From the NCBI GenBank assembly GCA_012295275.1, contig CM022679.1, positions 16,368,001 through 16,432,000 on the forward strand: a stretch of 64,000 nt of DNA, given 5' to 3'. The stretch's first letter is position 1. Each line of letters begins with the position of its first letter. The DNA comes from Chrysomallon squamiferum. Taxonomy: Eukaryota > Animalia > Mollusca. Under the pieces are notes generated by a model that was given only the letters and a program-made list of their open reading frames with translations, was not told where the DNA came from and searched no databases. This document shows, piece by piece, positions 13,801 to 28,011 of the stretch. A program made the position numbers and the translations under genes.

Positions 13801-16800
13801 CTAAAAATGTTTCTTTTTTTCATATATGTATGTCCTATCTGGTAATAAAATAAATTTGCAGTATTCCGAATAATTCACCTTTTTTTTTTTAATCTTCAGA
13901 TTAGTATACAAATATTCTTGCATTATGTAATTGTTATCAGTGCCACACAGTGACCAAAAATATTATTTTTCTTTTCAGGAACTCCTTTCCCAGACTCGTG
14001 AAAAAAAAGCATCCACTCTGTCTGAGATTAGCTGGCGTGGTCGCACAATGCCTATAAAATTGGAAGCTGTCCGAGTGTTTCTTCTCAACCTTCAGGAGAG
14101 TTCCAAGGAACTAGAAACAACTGAGAACAGTGAAGCCAAAGTTTCTGTTTACGAATCACTTCTCAAGCAGTGTATTGATGCTCAACAAGTTTTGAGAGAT
14201 GCACTTCAGGAAGACCCAGTTAGACTTATTTGATATTATTAAATTAGTTAATTTTTGTAGAATTATTCTTTAGAAAATGCTTCAGGTGGGACTGATACAT
14301 TTTTTACATGTTCAGAATGATTATTCTGTAATGTTAGAATTTTTATTGCCTAAGATGAAATGTTTTTTTTTTTTTAAACCTCAGAAAAACCAGTTTATAT
14401 AATGAATTTTAATCAGAAAAAAGAAAAAAAAAGTTTATTTTTATTTATTTATTTATTTAATTTTTGCATGATTATGCTTAATGTTCTAAATATTAAACTG
14501 TCTGAAATTTATTTATAGAATTTTAAAGCAGCTCAGAGAGGTCAGCCTATTGAAGGAAAGATTTCAAACCAGCATTATCTGCACTCATACTTGACATATC
14601 TTCGTCTAACCAAAACTATAGAAAGAAACTTGTTACTGATTAACAATCTGAAGAAATACATGACTGGAAAGAAAATTCCTGAAGGGCACAAGATCACAAA
14701 ACCACAAGACCTCGTTAGATTATATGATATTATTATACAGGTGGGATTTTTGAGAATATTTTATTTGAATACTTAAAAACGTATATAATTTTTGGTTATA
14801 TTTTACTTTTAATAAAACTTCTATTTAATAACTTTATATATATATTAGTATTGGTTCAGAATTATGATAATAAAAGTATTACTTTTTACACAGAGATATT
14901 TGTATTTTAATTTTAATAAACCATCTGTTTAAAACTGCATAAGTCATAGTATTAGCATTGGTTAAAAATTATGAAACAAGTATTACTTTTTACACATAGA
15001 GATATCTAAAATATGCATAAAAGAGTTTTATTTGAAGCAATAAGCTTAGTAACAGATGTGTACAGCAGTCTGTCATTTAAGTACACTTTTGACAATATTG
15101 CTTTTACAATTCTGAGAAAATTAATAATATCACTTATTTGTTTTAAACGAAATATTAATGTTATAATGTAGGTAGCTCTTAAAGTAGAGTTTTCATTTTT
15201 GTTAAACAGAATCTTTCTCTTTCCTAGAATTTAAATGATATACCAAGTCTACATGGTCTAGAAGAAGATCCGACTTTGGCAGATGAAGTAAAAACTAGAG
15301 TTTTAGGATTTAAAGCATTTAGGTTTGTAGTGATTACAGGGATAATTAATAATGTATTTGTTTACAGATGTTATCCAGTAAACAAGTTTAATATATGTGT
15401 TGTAGATTTTTGTTTTATTTCTCTTTCATCAATGTTTATATACTTTGTTTAATCCACAAATTGAATTTATATACATTGCTGAGATCTAAACCATGCAGAC
15501 AGATAATTAGTAACTTTATAATTTTTATCAGATAAGAATGTTGTAAGATGTTTTGATAATAAATATACAGGTCAATAATAACACATTTTCCATGTATGGT
15601 TATTTTTAATTTTATCCTAAATGTTTGAAATTTCAGGTCTTTTTACATAGCTCAGTCTTATGCAGCAGCAAAAAAATGGACTGAGGCTATTGGTTTATAC
15701 CAGCGTGTGTTAGATTATGCTCAGAAAGCAGTTAAAGGATATAGAAGTTTAAAGGGCCAAGGCACAGCCATTAAGGTAGTTTACAACACAGTTTACACAT
15801 TGTTAAAATAATGATAATAAAAGTTTCATCCTCAGAATGATTTTCTAAAGACTCTGTGATGAATGAAATTTCACAGTTTTAAACATAATTATTAATATAA
15901 AATTTGCAAACACATATAAAAGATACCTGGTAGCCAAGCATTGTTATCAGTATGAAACTAAATGACTAATATAATCTGGTATTTACTGTTTGTTTCAGAA
16001 TGAACTGTCTAATCTGGAAGCTCTAATACAAGAAGTGAATGGTTCAATGTATTCCTGTCATGCTTTCAGTATCCTCAAATCAGATGACAGTGTTGATCAA
16101 GCTGCAGCTTCAGCCATTAATGAAAAGAAGGTAAATAAAAGAAAAATGTTTTTATACTGTTTCAGTAAAGTAAATTTAAAAAAAGAAAAGAAAAAAAAGC
16201 TTATTTCGAAATTTGTATATTTAGGTATTCACAGAATATTTTTTAAAAATTTGATGGGCATGTGTCTAAATGTTTGTAATTTTTTTTTTTTTTACCTATT
16301 AATCCTAATCCTTCTGTAATGGTGATTATGCACAGAATTATTATTTTCTTTATTTCATGTTGGCATTACATAGAAATGTAAAAAAAACCCACAAAAATAA
16401 CTATATTGTATGGGAAAGTGAATGCCAGGCTTCTGTAGTGTTGCAGAAAAAAGACTGGAAATGTCAAAGTTATTAGCTTTTTTCCTGTTTTCACATTATA
16501 GTGCCTGCAAAAATTGGTCATTAGAAACAGAAGAAAAATGTGATATCTTTAGGATGTAATATGCTTTTTTTCATTGAATAGTAATTTTAATTTTAATTAA
16601 ACAAAATTTCTCTCTCTCTTTTTCAGCCTCTAGCAGAACGTTTGGATCAATATTTTGAAGACAAATCATTGACTAGCAAAAAACCAAACTTGATACCCTT
16701 CCCACCAGATTTCAAGCCTATACCATGTCGACCACTGTATTTTGACTTGGCACTGAATCACTTGGACTTCCCTGCTCTAGATGAAAAAATTGAGCAGAAA

Positions 16801-16863
16801 AAGGCAGGAGGTGGACTTACTGGCTTTGTCAAGGGCTGGTTGTCTTGGGGAGGAAAGAAATAA
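7892..16863 (+). CDS. SRP68: Signal recognition particle subunit SRP68 (12 exons, ~603 aa)
   Basis: Exons 7892-7991, 10626-10692, 11279-11392, 12227-12422, 12785-12867, 13400-13586, 13979-14218, 14519-14740, 15228-15322, 15637-15775, 15999-16130, 16627-16863; all GT-AG, sum 1812 nt, in frame. Hallmark motifs [83 protein letters not shown]. Confidence 0.97.
8967..10566 (+). mobile_element. 1.6-kb non-autonomous DNA transposon with 10-bp TIRs and 7-bp TSD in SRP68 intron 1
   Basis: TAGGTATGTG at 8967-8976 and its reverse complement CACATACCTA at 10557-10566; CTATATA flanks both sides (8960-8966, 10567-10573). Interior is CpG-rich with broken ORFs (9530-9829, 9634-9861, 9735-10199). Confidence 0.75.
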
Positions 16864-19219
16864 ATGCTTAAATCAAAATAGAGTGCATCGTTTGAATGAT
16901 GATGTAGTGAATTAAGAAAGACTTAAAATGGTTCATGTACATCCCTTGAGTTTGGGGTGTATGCTTTATTTCAGTGATAATGTTATTGATTCTTTTCTCT
17001 TTTTTTTGTTATTACATAAGTTGATAATTTAAAGAATTTGTACATGAAAGTCAAGAGAGTCATTCCTTTCCGTTTGGTGTGCAGCTGATGTGACACCTGT
17101 AATATTACCTTTGTTAGTTAAGTTATAAAATGAATCAAGAAACAAAAACTTGTTCATGATCATATAGAGACCACAGTATAGTTGTAATAATTTTTTTTAA
17201 CAATCAGTGGTTAAAAAGTATTTATTATCTTCATTGAATCTGAGACATTAAAATTCATGTCAAATATGTAGATTATCTTTATTTTCAATGCATTAATCAG
17301 TAAGATTTAACACAGACATATAAACAAATATGTTTTACTATAATGTAATGCTTTTGTTATTTAATAAAAAATAATTTAGAAATAAGGTTACATATTCATG
17401 TATGAATGGTGTGTTTGTATTTGTAATTACCTTTTTTCTTTGACTGCCTATGCACAAATGTGTTAACACCATTAAATTTATTACTGTTATAACTGATAAA
17501 AACATTGTTAGTGCTCGTAAATTATGTTAAGTAAAAGTATGATACGTGATTGATTCCTCTAACCACTTAAAAACATGTGATACTACCATGTGACCGTCAG
17601 AAATAAGCATAAAGTGAATAATAAAAAGACATGACAATTTACAGTTGCTGAAAAGTAATCTTAATATTGTTCTTTTATTTTATTATTATTTTCTTCTTTT
17701 TTTTTGGCATCTGAACTTTTTATGTAATATTATTTTTAAGTATGACTGAGCTAATAACAAATTTTCATTTTTAGCCACTACACTGCCATTCATTATTTAA
17801 GCATGAAACAAAACTTAGATAAAAATAAATTGTATATTATACCAGTGGAAAAAATAACCACATTTTCAACATTTCTTAAGTGAATATTATTCTTTGCTGG
17901 TGTGATTAAGTAATTATTTAATGTATTGCTTTCATTTTAGCAATCAAATTATAACAGGCTGTTGATTAAAAATTATAATTTTTGACTGTGCTTGATAATT
18001 TAAAAGTTCAGTACAAACTATTTACAGTTTCCTTGGATTTATCCATACATTTTCCTTCTTCATCATACCGTGTTTAATACTTGATTCTTTGGTGTACAAT
18101 TTGGTTATGGGTTCTGATAAAACTTTTTTTTATTATTATTATACTTGAGCAAATAAAATATCAAATTTATGATAAATCAATTGTTGTACTTTCTGTGGAG
18201 CATGTCCCAAAAATTTTTAAAATATTTATAACAACTTTTTATTTAATGAAATAACATCACATATGAATTTTTTTTATCTGCATGTAAACAGTAACAGTCG
18301 TAGCATAGTCAACATAGTATTTAAATTTACATTTAACTGGAGAAACTTAAATGGTTCTCTCTCTCACTTGTTTTTTTGTTTTTTTTTTTTTTTTTTTTTT
18401 TTTTTAATCTTTTTCCTAACCTGGATTGTATATTATTGTATCAGGGTAGTAGTCTCATGATTATTTTTTTTAAATACTTAACTTAGATGAAATAAAGTAT
18501 AACTATTTAATTTGTTATATAATTAAGTATATATATGTAAACTGGTTATTTTATTTATTTTTTTATTTATTTAAATTCAATTATTATTTTTAAATTTGCA
18601 ATTTAGAATAATTATAGATACCCTGAAAAAAAAAAAAAAATTAACATGTTGGAATGAAACTGCTGTATAAATATTTTATATTTTAAATATATCTTTGCTG
18701 AAACAAATTCAAAAGAAAGTAGATACGTTCTACATACTTGCTACATACTGTTTCTGTTGTGGGTTTTTTAACCATTTTTAGTTAATAACAAAGTATAACA
18801 TACAAAATATCTCACTGCTGGTGTTTTTCTGAAATTGTGACTCATGCTATTAATCATAAAAATTTCCATTTTATATGATAATTTTCCTCCATGCATTTAG
18901 TAATCAGACTTTCTTGCATTTATTAATTTATTTGGAATATCTGGCGTAACCTCATGAGCCATTAATATTTTGTTGTAATTATAAGAAACAAAAATTTAAG
19001 AATTCTGATATCTACATTAATACAGAAGTACTTCATGATGTTGTTTACATAAACATGATAAACATTCTAGAATAAAATAAGTAGTTTTAAGAATAGACAT
19101 TGTAAGAATTTTTTTCATTTTAACTAGTCAAATTTTTACAATGTAATTGTGATATATATAAATTATTATGAAAATGCCCCATCCTACAATTTGACAAGTT
19201 GTATATAAGAGTATACTGA

Positions 19220-19650
19220 AATCTTGCAGTAACTGTCTTCTTCAATGTCCTTCCTGCATTTCAGCTCTGTCTGTGGTATTTTTAATTTTTGTTACATCTT
19301 TTTGTATCAGATTTAATTTATTCAAAATCAATCTTGCTCCTTTTTGTCAACAAATATCTCTTTCATTTTTAACAATGCTTGTCAGTATTTGGTTAAATGT
19401 ATTTTTATGACTAGAGATGTTGTGACATATTTCTTGTTTCAGTTCACTGACACAATAAACATTTACACTTCAAATATTATTTTTAAAAGTTCTGTTGAAA
19501 AAATAAATATAACTGGAATATTTAACTATCAACAAATTAGATTTATAATAATATATATGCCATGGTTACAAAAACCACTCCCCTTGTATATCAAGATATC
19601 TTGCTGTAAGCAGTCACAGTAATATGTTAGTTCACTTTTCTTTGCATAGT
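19220..19650 (-). pseudogene. Inverted, decayed partial paralog of the downstream K/E-rich gene
   Basis: Minus strand ~19365-19220 reads LLTKRSKIDFE*IKSDTKRCN...KCRKD versus LLTSMNKTDFEQIKCDTKRFN...KCRME in exon 34112-34482; minus ~19610-19535 matches intronic 30730-30810 (CTGCTT.CAGCAAGATATCTTGATA.ACAAGG..AGTGG.TTTTGTAACC). Confidence 0.75.
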
Positions 19651-19678
19651 ATAATCATCTTATTATTTCATTTATTTA

Positions 19679-19709
<31 letters not shown>

Positions 19710-21381
19710 TCTTCCCTTTTATATTATTATTATTATTTTTTTTTTTTTTTAGATACCTAAACAAATCAAACAAAATACAGTGTTGCTTGGGACGTGTTAA
19801 TATTCTTATTACAGACTGAACAATCAGACATTTAGCTGAAAGTAAGTGTACACCATCTTGCTGCACATTCTATATTTCCCTGGAATGGAACCAAAACAAA
19901 ACTTTCAAAATTAAGACTATATTTAGTAAAGCAAATGTAAGATTAAACAAAAAAAAACAACAACATGGAAGCACTAAGATAATAATGGGCTGAAGTTTCA
20001 AGCTTAAATGAATTCCTACATAAAGAAAGTAAATTTAAAAAATACTACTAGTAAAAATATCCAGAAAAGAGTCTACCGAAAGAAATGAGAGATGCTAAGG
20101 TTAGTTCCCTCACTGAAACCTCCTGTAATAGGTGGTAACTAATGAAAATCTCTTATTAAATTTCTAGTTTTAACTTTTCTTAAAGCTTCATTAAATACTC
20201 TGGTCAAATATTTATATTTTTTGTGTTTTGTTTGTATGTATGTACATACATTTTAAGTGTAATAAAATTCAAATTTAACAACAGTTTGACATTAATATTT
20301 TGTGGTATAATAGAAACATTATTTTAAACAAACTATTGTCACTGCACCACTAGTTTAGTCTGGTGTCTCCAAAACAAAAATTAAATCAGATGGTTCACTT
20401 TCAGTTACATGAAACACTACTGATTTCTTAGAAAAGCTTCACATTAGTTAAAAAGTGAAAAACGTTTTATCAGTATCTTCTGAACATTTAATAAAATCTC
20501 TGAGGAGATTATTTTTGAGATGCCAGCTCACAAGAATGCAGATGAATTCATTTACAGTGCCAAGACACACCTACATACACATTACACATACATGCACAAC
20601 ATTTTTTACACAAACCCTGCTATTGCATATTTCTTTCAGAAGTTAACATTATTAAGAATTGTTAACAACTGCCATTTCTAGATTCAGATCTCTATGCCTT
20701 TGAAATATAAATATCAACAAATTAATTAAATGTGAATAATTTAATGAAAACATTAATATGTATCTGGGAATAAATTACCTTGGCAGTTGTTTCAGCACAT
20801 TCAGTTAACTGTTAGCATTTGATGTTGGTGTTTGAGGAACTGGTTCTGTGAATGTTTTATTTTATAAAATAGGAGATGGAAGTAGTTCAGTAGCATAATG
20901 CTGTAACAAATGCTTCATCCAGGCTTCTATTTTCTTTCAAACTTTTTCATTTCTTATTATTTTTGTTTTTAATATTGCTGTAGGTTGGTTATTTGGTAGG
21001 TTTTTCTTTTTCTTCATTCATTTATTATTTTACTTCTCTTTTTGTGAATTTATATATATACTTTACTTAACATACTGTATTTTACAAAATTCTATTTATT
21101 TATTTTATTTTTAATTATTATTATTTTTATTATTATTACTGTATCTATGACCAGCAAAAATGGGGCGGTAGGCCTATATATTAAAAATTAGTTTATGTAT
21201 TACGTTTTGTTATTGGGTAATTCAAATTGTTTTTATTTTATTTTAAAAATTTTTCGTTAGCTTATGTTTATTTGGATCAATCACAAAATTTATACTTATT
21301 CATCCTGCTATATTAGCCATTTAGTTCAATCACGATTTAAAATAAATAAATAAGTGGAAAGAAATTAAATATCATTTTAAC

Positions 21382-22155
21382 TGATCGCGGATAAATACAA
21401 ATGTAACCTAAATCGTTTAAATTTTTTATGACATTTAAAAATAACACTTTGTTGAGATACTGTTTATTTATTTATTTACTAACGGTGCTCGCTTATCAGT
21501 ATGTCGTGACACTCACGACCATTAAAAAAAGAGAGACTCTAATGGCCTCTACAGTCTTTGCTGATACAGCAACCAAATGAACGATTGGTACCTGTGTATG
21601 AATCAAACTGAAACATATTATGTATGTATTACCATTATTTATAATATCTTTGATACATTTTTATATTAAAAATTTATCAATCTCTCTGCCTTATTTAATT
21701 CAAGCATCCATTGTTAAGTGGTTATTGTATATATGTGCATGTGCGGATTCATTTGTTTATATGTTACCAGTTTTTAATGTATTTTTTATTTCTTTTTCTT
21801 TTTGTTGGTTTTCTTTCTTTTGATCAGTCATCACAGTTTCTATTATATACCATGCCATATTTAGTACAAATCAAGATTTATAAAAGAAAATAAATAGAAA
21901 GTAATGAAAGAAAAAATAAATTACCTCTTTGATTGATCGCGGTTAAATACAACTGTAACAAAAGTTTTAATGTACAAAAATAAAAGTTTGTTGTTATATA
22001 TCTTTTTTTATTCACTATTAGTATTATTAGTAGTAGTAATGGTGCTCTCTGTTTAGTATATTGTGGCATTCATGACTAGTACTAAAGACAGTAGAGGTCT
22101 CTACTGATACAGAACCGAATGAATGATGGGTATCAGCGTATGAATCACACAGAAA
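21382..22155 (+). repeat. Diverged direct repeat, two ~230-bp copies ~550 bp apart
   Basis: TGATCGCGG(A/T)TAAATACAA(A/C)TGTAAC at 21382 and 21934, followed collinearly by GGTGCTC... and CTGATACAG...TATGAATCA blocks in both copies. Confidence 0.75.
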
Positions 22156-22420
22156 AAACTGGAAATCAAGTTGAATTTAGATAATCTGTACCCTGATTAT
22201 ATTTTCCAAAGGCTGATTAAATCAGGACAGACGAATTTTATTTTAAACAGTTTAGATTGTTTTCTAATTTGACTTTCCAACCACTTCAACAAAGGGATTA
22301 TATTTTTGAAAACTGCTGTTACTCAATTTTTCAACAAACGCTGCGTTAGTTGTCTCCCCTATCATAATTATTTCCATAGTGATAGCTACAAAGGCGGACG
22401 AAGTTTTTATTGCGCTAACT

Positions 22421-25400
22421 ATGAACACAGATTTTAAATTTCAGGAAACCCAAACAAAATACGCATGTGTGTCTTCTCCAGATGTATATACCGATAGAGA
22501 AGAAGAAATGAAGCAGACATCAAGACGAAACAGTCGTAATCAGTCAAAACGATACGTGGACAGGTAATCGGCCATTCAGTTGTCATAGGCAATGGTGCTT
22601 TAGAAATAGAATGATTTCATAATTTTTTAATGCTAGTCTGTTAAGCAGCTTTAAAGACATATTATAATTTCACATTTTTTTAAAATTTAAAATAAATGAA
22701 ATATTTAATTATTAATATAGATATATTAAGTAATATTGTTGCCATATTCTATTCTATTTCTTTTTCAATGTCTGACAGCCTTAAAATAAAAAAAAACACA
22801 TTACAATAAATGTTTTTAAATCAAATAAATTTACTGTGAATAATGTATAACTTAGCGATTTTATTTAATTTTGATTATAAATCCTATATTGAGTATTATT
22901 GAATTATTCAGAAAATTGGTTTACAAACATCAGACGGGCGATCTCGTCTTTAAAACTAATGTTTTCTTCCTTTCGTTCGTCAATTTTTAATAATTTACTC
23001 ATTTTATTTATTAAATGATTAAGAACATTGTTATAGTGTGTGGTATCCATTAAACTGTTAATATAAAATGTTGGGAATTAAATGATACAACAATTAAGTA
23101 GTTATATTTTTGGAAGGAGGTTAGTGGTGGATTAACCATTATTAAGCATGTGCTTACAGCATCAAGAGTATGGAAGACCACAGATTTTTCCACTGCCAGA
23201 TTTATTATTGGACTGTTGTACAAACAGTAATCCTAGGATTAATGATTAAATATTAGATATTAGATATAATAAGCATGTACTTATTATATTACAAAAAGCA
23301 AAAAAACTATACTGCTTCCTCAAAAAAGTAGCTTGACTTTAAAAAAACAAAAGTCCTAAAAAAAAGGGCACCAAAATTTAATCCCTGTTACAGTCTCAGT
23401 ATAACAGTTCAGGGGAAGTAATGAGAAGTAAAATCACCAAAACCTGTTTGCAGTATACCTTCTGTTTATCAAAACTGAAAATATATTTTAATTTTTGTTT
23501 TGTTTGTCCCTAAAACCATATTTCATCAGAAAATTATAAAAAAAATTTTACATTTATTTTATATTATTTTTAGAGAACTGCTTCATTTGGCAAAAGGCAT
23601 AAATCCTGAAGATGTGCCAAAGATTAGAAATGTAAGTAATTTGTTACAGTAAATAAGTTAAATAATTATTTTAGATATCAATTACAGTAAATAAGTTAAA
23701 TAATTATTTTAGATATCAATTGCATAATTAATAGATGACTGATGTCAGTTTTAGATAGATGTAAAATAAAATATGTACCTTATAAATTTCTTTTGTAACA
23801 ACGATGCTTCTTTTTATCTTTACAAAAATAGTTACTTTAAAAAAATATGTATTCATAAATATATTTAAAAATGCTTTCTAACTTACAGAACAGAATCACT
23901 TAAAGCATATTTTATGTTTTCAGGAGGAAGATTATACTAATTTTGAGTTGGATGGTAAGAATTTTACATGAACATTATCATTAATATCACCAAAAGAACA
24001 ACTTTTTTATATTTAAGAATTTATATAATCTTATAGTTGAATTTTTAATTTTTATTTTTTAAATATTAATTTTTATATGCATATATATAAATAAAATGGT
24101 TGGTGCCAGTAGCAATCTACAATTTTTATTTATGTTTGACTGTTGTTAACTGTTAATATGTTTCTTAATTTATTTGAAGAACTACTACTATGAGTAAATG
24201 TTATTTTTTGTTTGTTTGCAGCAAGAGATATCTCAGATCCATCAATAACTTCTAGTTTAGAGGTAAATATAAACAAAAATTATTTGAGGTAAATAATTTT
24301 ATCATGTATTTGATTCTGAACATATCACTTTATTAAACTGCTTATAACTGCTTTTCTTATACAGTTTTATTTATGTAAAGATTTGTATTAGAAGAATAAT
24401 TCAATATGATTACTATATATTAGTAAAACAGATGCTTCTTTAATTTAATTTTAAAACATTTTCAGGGTATTAAAATACCAGAAAAGTCATCAAATTATGG
24501 ATCTGTTCACAGTAAGTAATGCTACATTATTAAATGATATTTATTTGTATGTATTTATTTTTTTCTAAACCAAATATGATTTATTTACATGTCAACAAAT
24601 GGTTTTAAATAATTAAACAGGATAATTTTCTAAAATAAAAGTTATTTTTCATTATATATATTTTAACTTACTATGATGTTAAGCATAAGAGCAAAAAGCA
24701 GTTTTGAATTGACAAACTGTATCTTTAGATGTGTTTGTAACAAATATTTCACATTCTGTCACAGAAAAAGAATATTTTGGACTCCCCGTGCGTGAAGAGT
24801 GGAAAGGCAGAAGTGAAAATGTGTTTTCACTAGATGGCACTACCTCTGGCTATAACATAAACAAGGAATGTCAAATTTCACAAATGTTTTTAAGTATCAT
24901 TATTTTTATATAACTAGTATAAATTTATTATATATATATACATTTAATGCCACTTGGTTTATTAGACATTTTTTATCAGTATTTGTTCCTACAAAATCTA
25001 AATTACAGATCTAATCTTATATTATTGACAAAAGTTAATATATGCTGGTCATCATATAATGTTAAGTATTAATATTATTTCATTGCATGTGAAAACTTTA
25101 GTTTTGTTTATCAACAGGAGGAAAACATGTTTTAATTTTAATCAGCATATTTTTCTTTACCTAATAAACAGACAGAGAGAGCAAAATGTTGTGATTTTAT
25201 TCGCCGAGCACAGGAACTAACTCTGAAAGAGGTAAAGCTTTATTGTTGTTTATAATTAATGTTTCTTCTTAAGTATTTAATGTGATATTCCACAGATACA
25301 GGATAAATAAGATTATTGTCTTTTGCCAATGTTTATCTTTTCATAAATGTTAGTAATCTGTGGTTTTCTTCTTCTTCTTCTTTTTTTCTTTTTTTTAAGA

Positions 25401-27963
25401 TTCAAATGGAACATGATGAAAATCTGATTAAAGAAAAACAGTCTGAACCAAAACAAGTCCAAAATGGGGATTCCTTCCATATGTTTAAAGAAAAACATAT
25501 TCACAGTCAAAGCACCTCAAATATTTAATGGTCAGAAAGAACCAGAGGAGAATTCTGAGATGCATCGCCAGAATGAAAATTCCAAAGCAAAAAAATGGAA
25601 TTTTGAAAATTCTGAATATTGGCTGATGCATGAGCCAATTCCTGCCTATCCACCAAGCAAATGGACATCCCCAAAGGTGAATATAATTATCTGCTTCAAT
25701 TTTACAACATTTTAAGTTTTGATATTTTACTACATTTGATATTTTTCAAAAAATGTTTTGTTCATAAAAGGTAAAAGTTTCATTGTTATTATTTTGTACC
25801 ATATACCAGTTTCTTAGTCTTTTTCATTTTGATTTTTTTTTTGATAAGTAAGATCCAGTATCAAAAAAAAAAAAAAAAAAGATTTTTTAGAAATTCTCCT
25901 ATTCCTTTGGCTTTTAGATCAATGGTACTCCTTTCTTTCAGTCACATTTATCAGAAATAACAATGTTAATAATGATGATCCTTTTATTGATTTAAACAAA
26001 ATGTATTTGTGTGTTGTTCTTTCAGATCAAACTTTAATTCACTTAAAATTCAGATTAAATTAAGAAGTTTCAACAGCAGAATAATAATTGACATGCATTT
26101 ATTTCCATGATTTACAGGATAAAATGGAAGACAAAATAGTAGTTGGAGATGGTTTATCTCTAACCAAAGAAACCGAAGAAAGTATTAAAGGGAAATTTGA
26201 TGGATGGAAAACCTTATATGAGAGAGGTTTAACCAACTACATGGTAAACAGTGACTTGATATTTTCTGAAATACATATTTATATATATATTTATTTTTTT
26301 CTAAATAGGAGATTCTTAAATTAAATCTAAAGTATATTTTAATGCTAACTTTGAATGTTTAATGAATTTTTAAAAATAATTTGAGTCCATAAATTAAATT
26401 TTAACACTATCTTGGTTTTATTTCTTGGAAGCCTCTGATGTTTTGGTGTCATGTTTTTAGCACATTTTTATGTTGCTATTTTATAAGTTTAATTTATTTT
26501 TATTATTTTCTTTCAAACAGATGCCTTTTAACAATTATTATTTTCCTTTGTTGATTTCACAATGTGAGACAAATAAAATAAAAAATACTATTTAAAATAA
26601 TATTTCTTTATTATTACAATATAATTTCAGGTTGAAATTCCTTGGACCCATTTTATGGATGGTGCTGGTGATATTTACAGCAAAATAAATAATAAAACGA
26701 TTCAGGATAATCAAGATGAACTAAATGTGGAAAAAAGCTGGAATAAAGCAAAGCAGTTGGTAATTAAATATACATTGATGCCTGATGTTATGTGTTGATT
26801 TAGCATGTGGCATATTCTGTTATATTAATATGCTGAGATAATTAAAATTTAGTGTTAATATTCTGTTGGTAGTTATAAGATAAGAGTAATTTAAAATAAT
26901 ATAAATAAAAAAAAATGCCTTAGAAAGGGAAAAGGAAAGAACTTCTTTTTGAATATGGTAGCCAATTCCTCCTATCCGCCAAACAAATGGATGTCTATAA
27001 AGGTGAATATAACTAAAAATAAAAATGTAATATCATACTTTAACCTTATTTGCTTCAGTTTTCCATTGTTTTAAGTTTTGGTATTTTACCACATTTGAGG
27101 TTTTTCAAAAAATGTTTTGTTCATAAAAGGTAAAAGTTTCATTGTTATTACTTTGTTACAACAAATTAAATGTGAAATATCTTATACACATATTTATCTT
27201 TGTTTGTTTTTGTACAATGGTATTAAATATATTCATGTCCAAACATACCCAAATAATGATTAATTTTTCTGTTTAAAACAAATACAACTGGTCTGTTTTA
27301 TTAATCTTTAAATTTGTTTCCTTTTTCTTAAATCATTTGTGGTTATCTGATTCTCATAATTAAATAAAAATTGAAAACAACATCAATGGCAGTGTAATAA
27401 TTTTAGCTTTATAACAATAGAATAATGAATAACAAAAAGGCTTGAACAAAATCATTTTTTTTTTATGGTGCTCATGATAATGGTGATAACTGAAAAAAAT
27501 CATATACCAATTTCTTAGACTTTATTTTTTTTAAATTTGTTTGTTGAATAAGATCTGTTATCAAAAACAAATGTTTAAAAAACATTCTCCTATTCCTTTG
27601 GGTTTTAGATCAATGGTACTCCTTTCTTTCAGTCACATTTATCAGAAATAACAATGTTAATAATGATGATCCTTTTATTGATTTAAACAAAATGTATTTG
27701 TGTGTTGTTCTTTCAGATCAAACTTTAATTCACTTAAAATTCAGATTAAATTAAGAAGTTTCAACAGCAGAATAATAATTGACATGCATTTATTTCCATG
27801 ATTTACAGGATAAAATGGAAGACAAAATAGTAGTTGGAGATGGTTTATCTCTAACCAAAGAAACCGAAGAAAGTATTAAAGGAAAGTTTGATGGATGGAA
27901 AACCTTATATGAGAGAGGTTTAACCAACTACATGGTATACAGTGACTTGATATTTTCTGAAAT

Positions 27964-28011
<48 letters not shown>

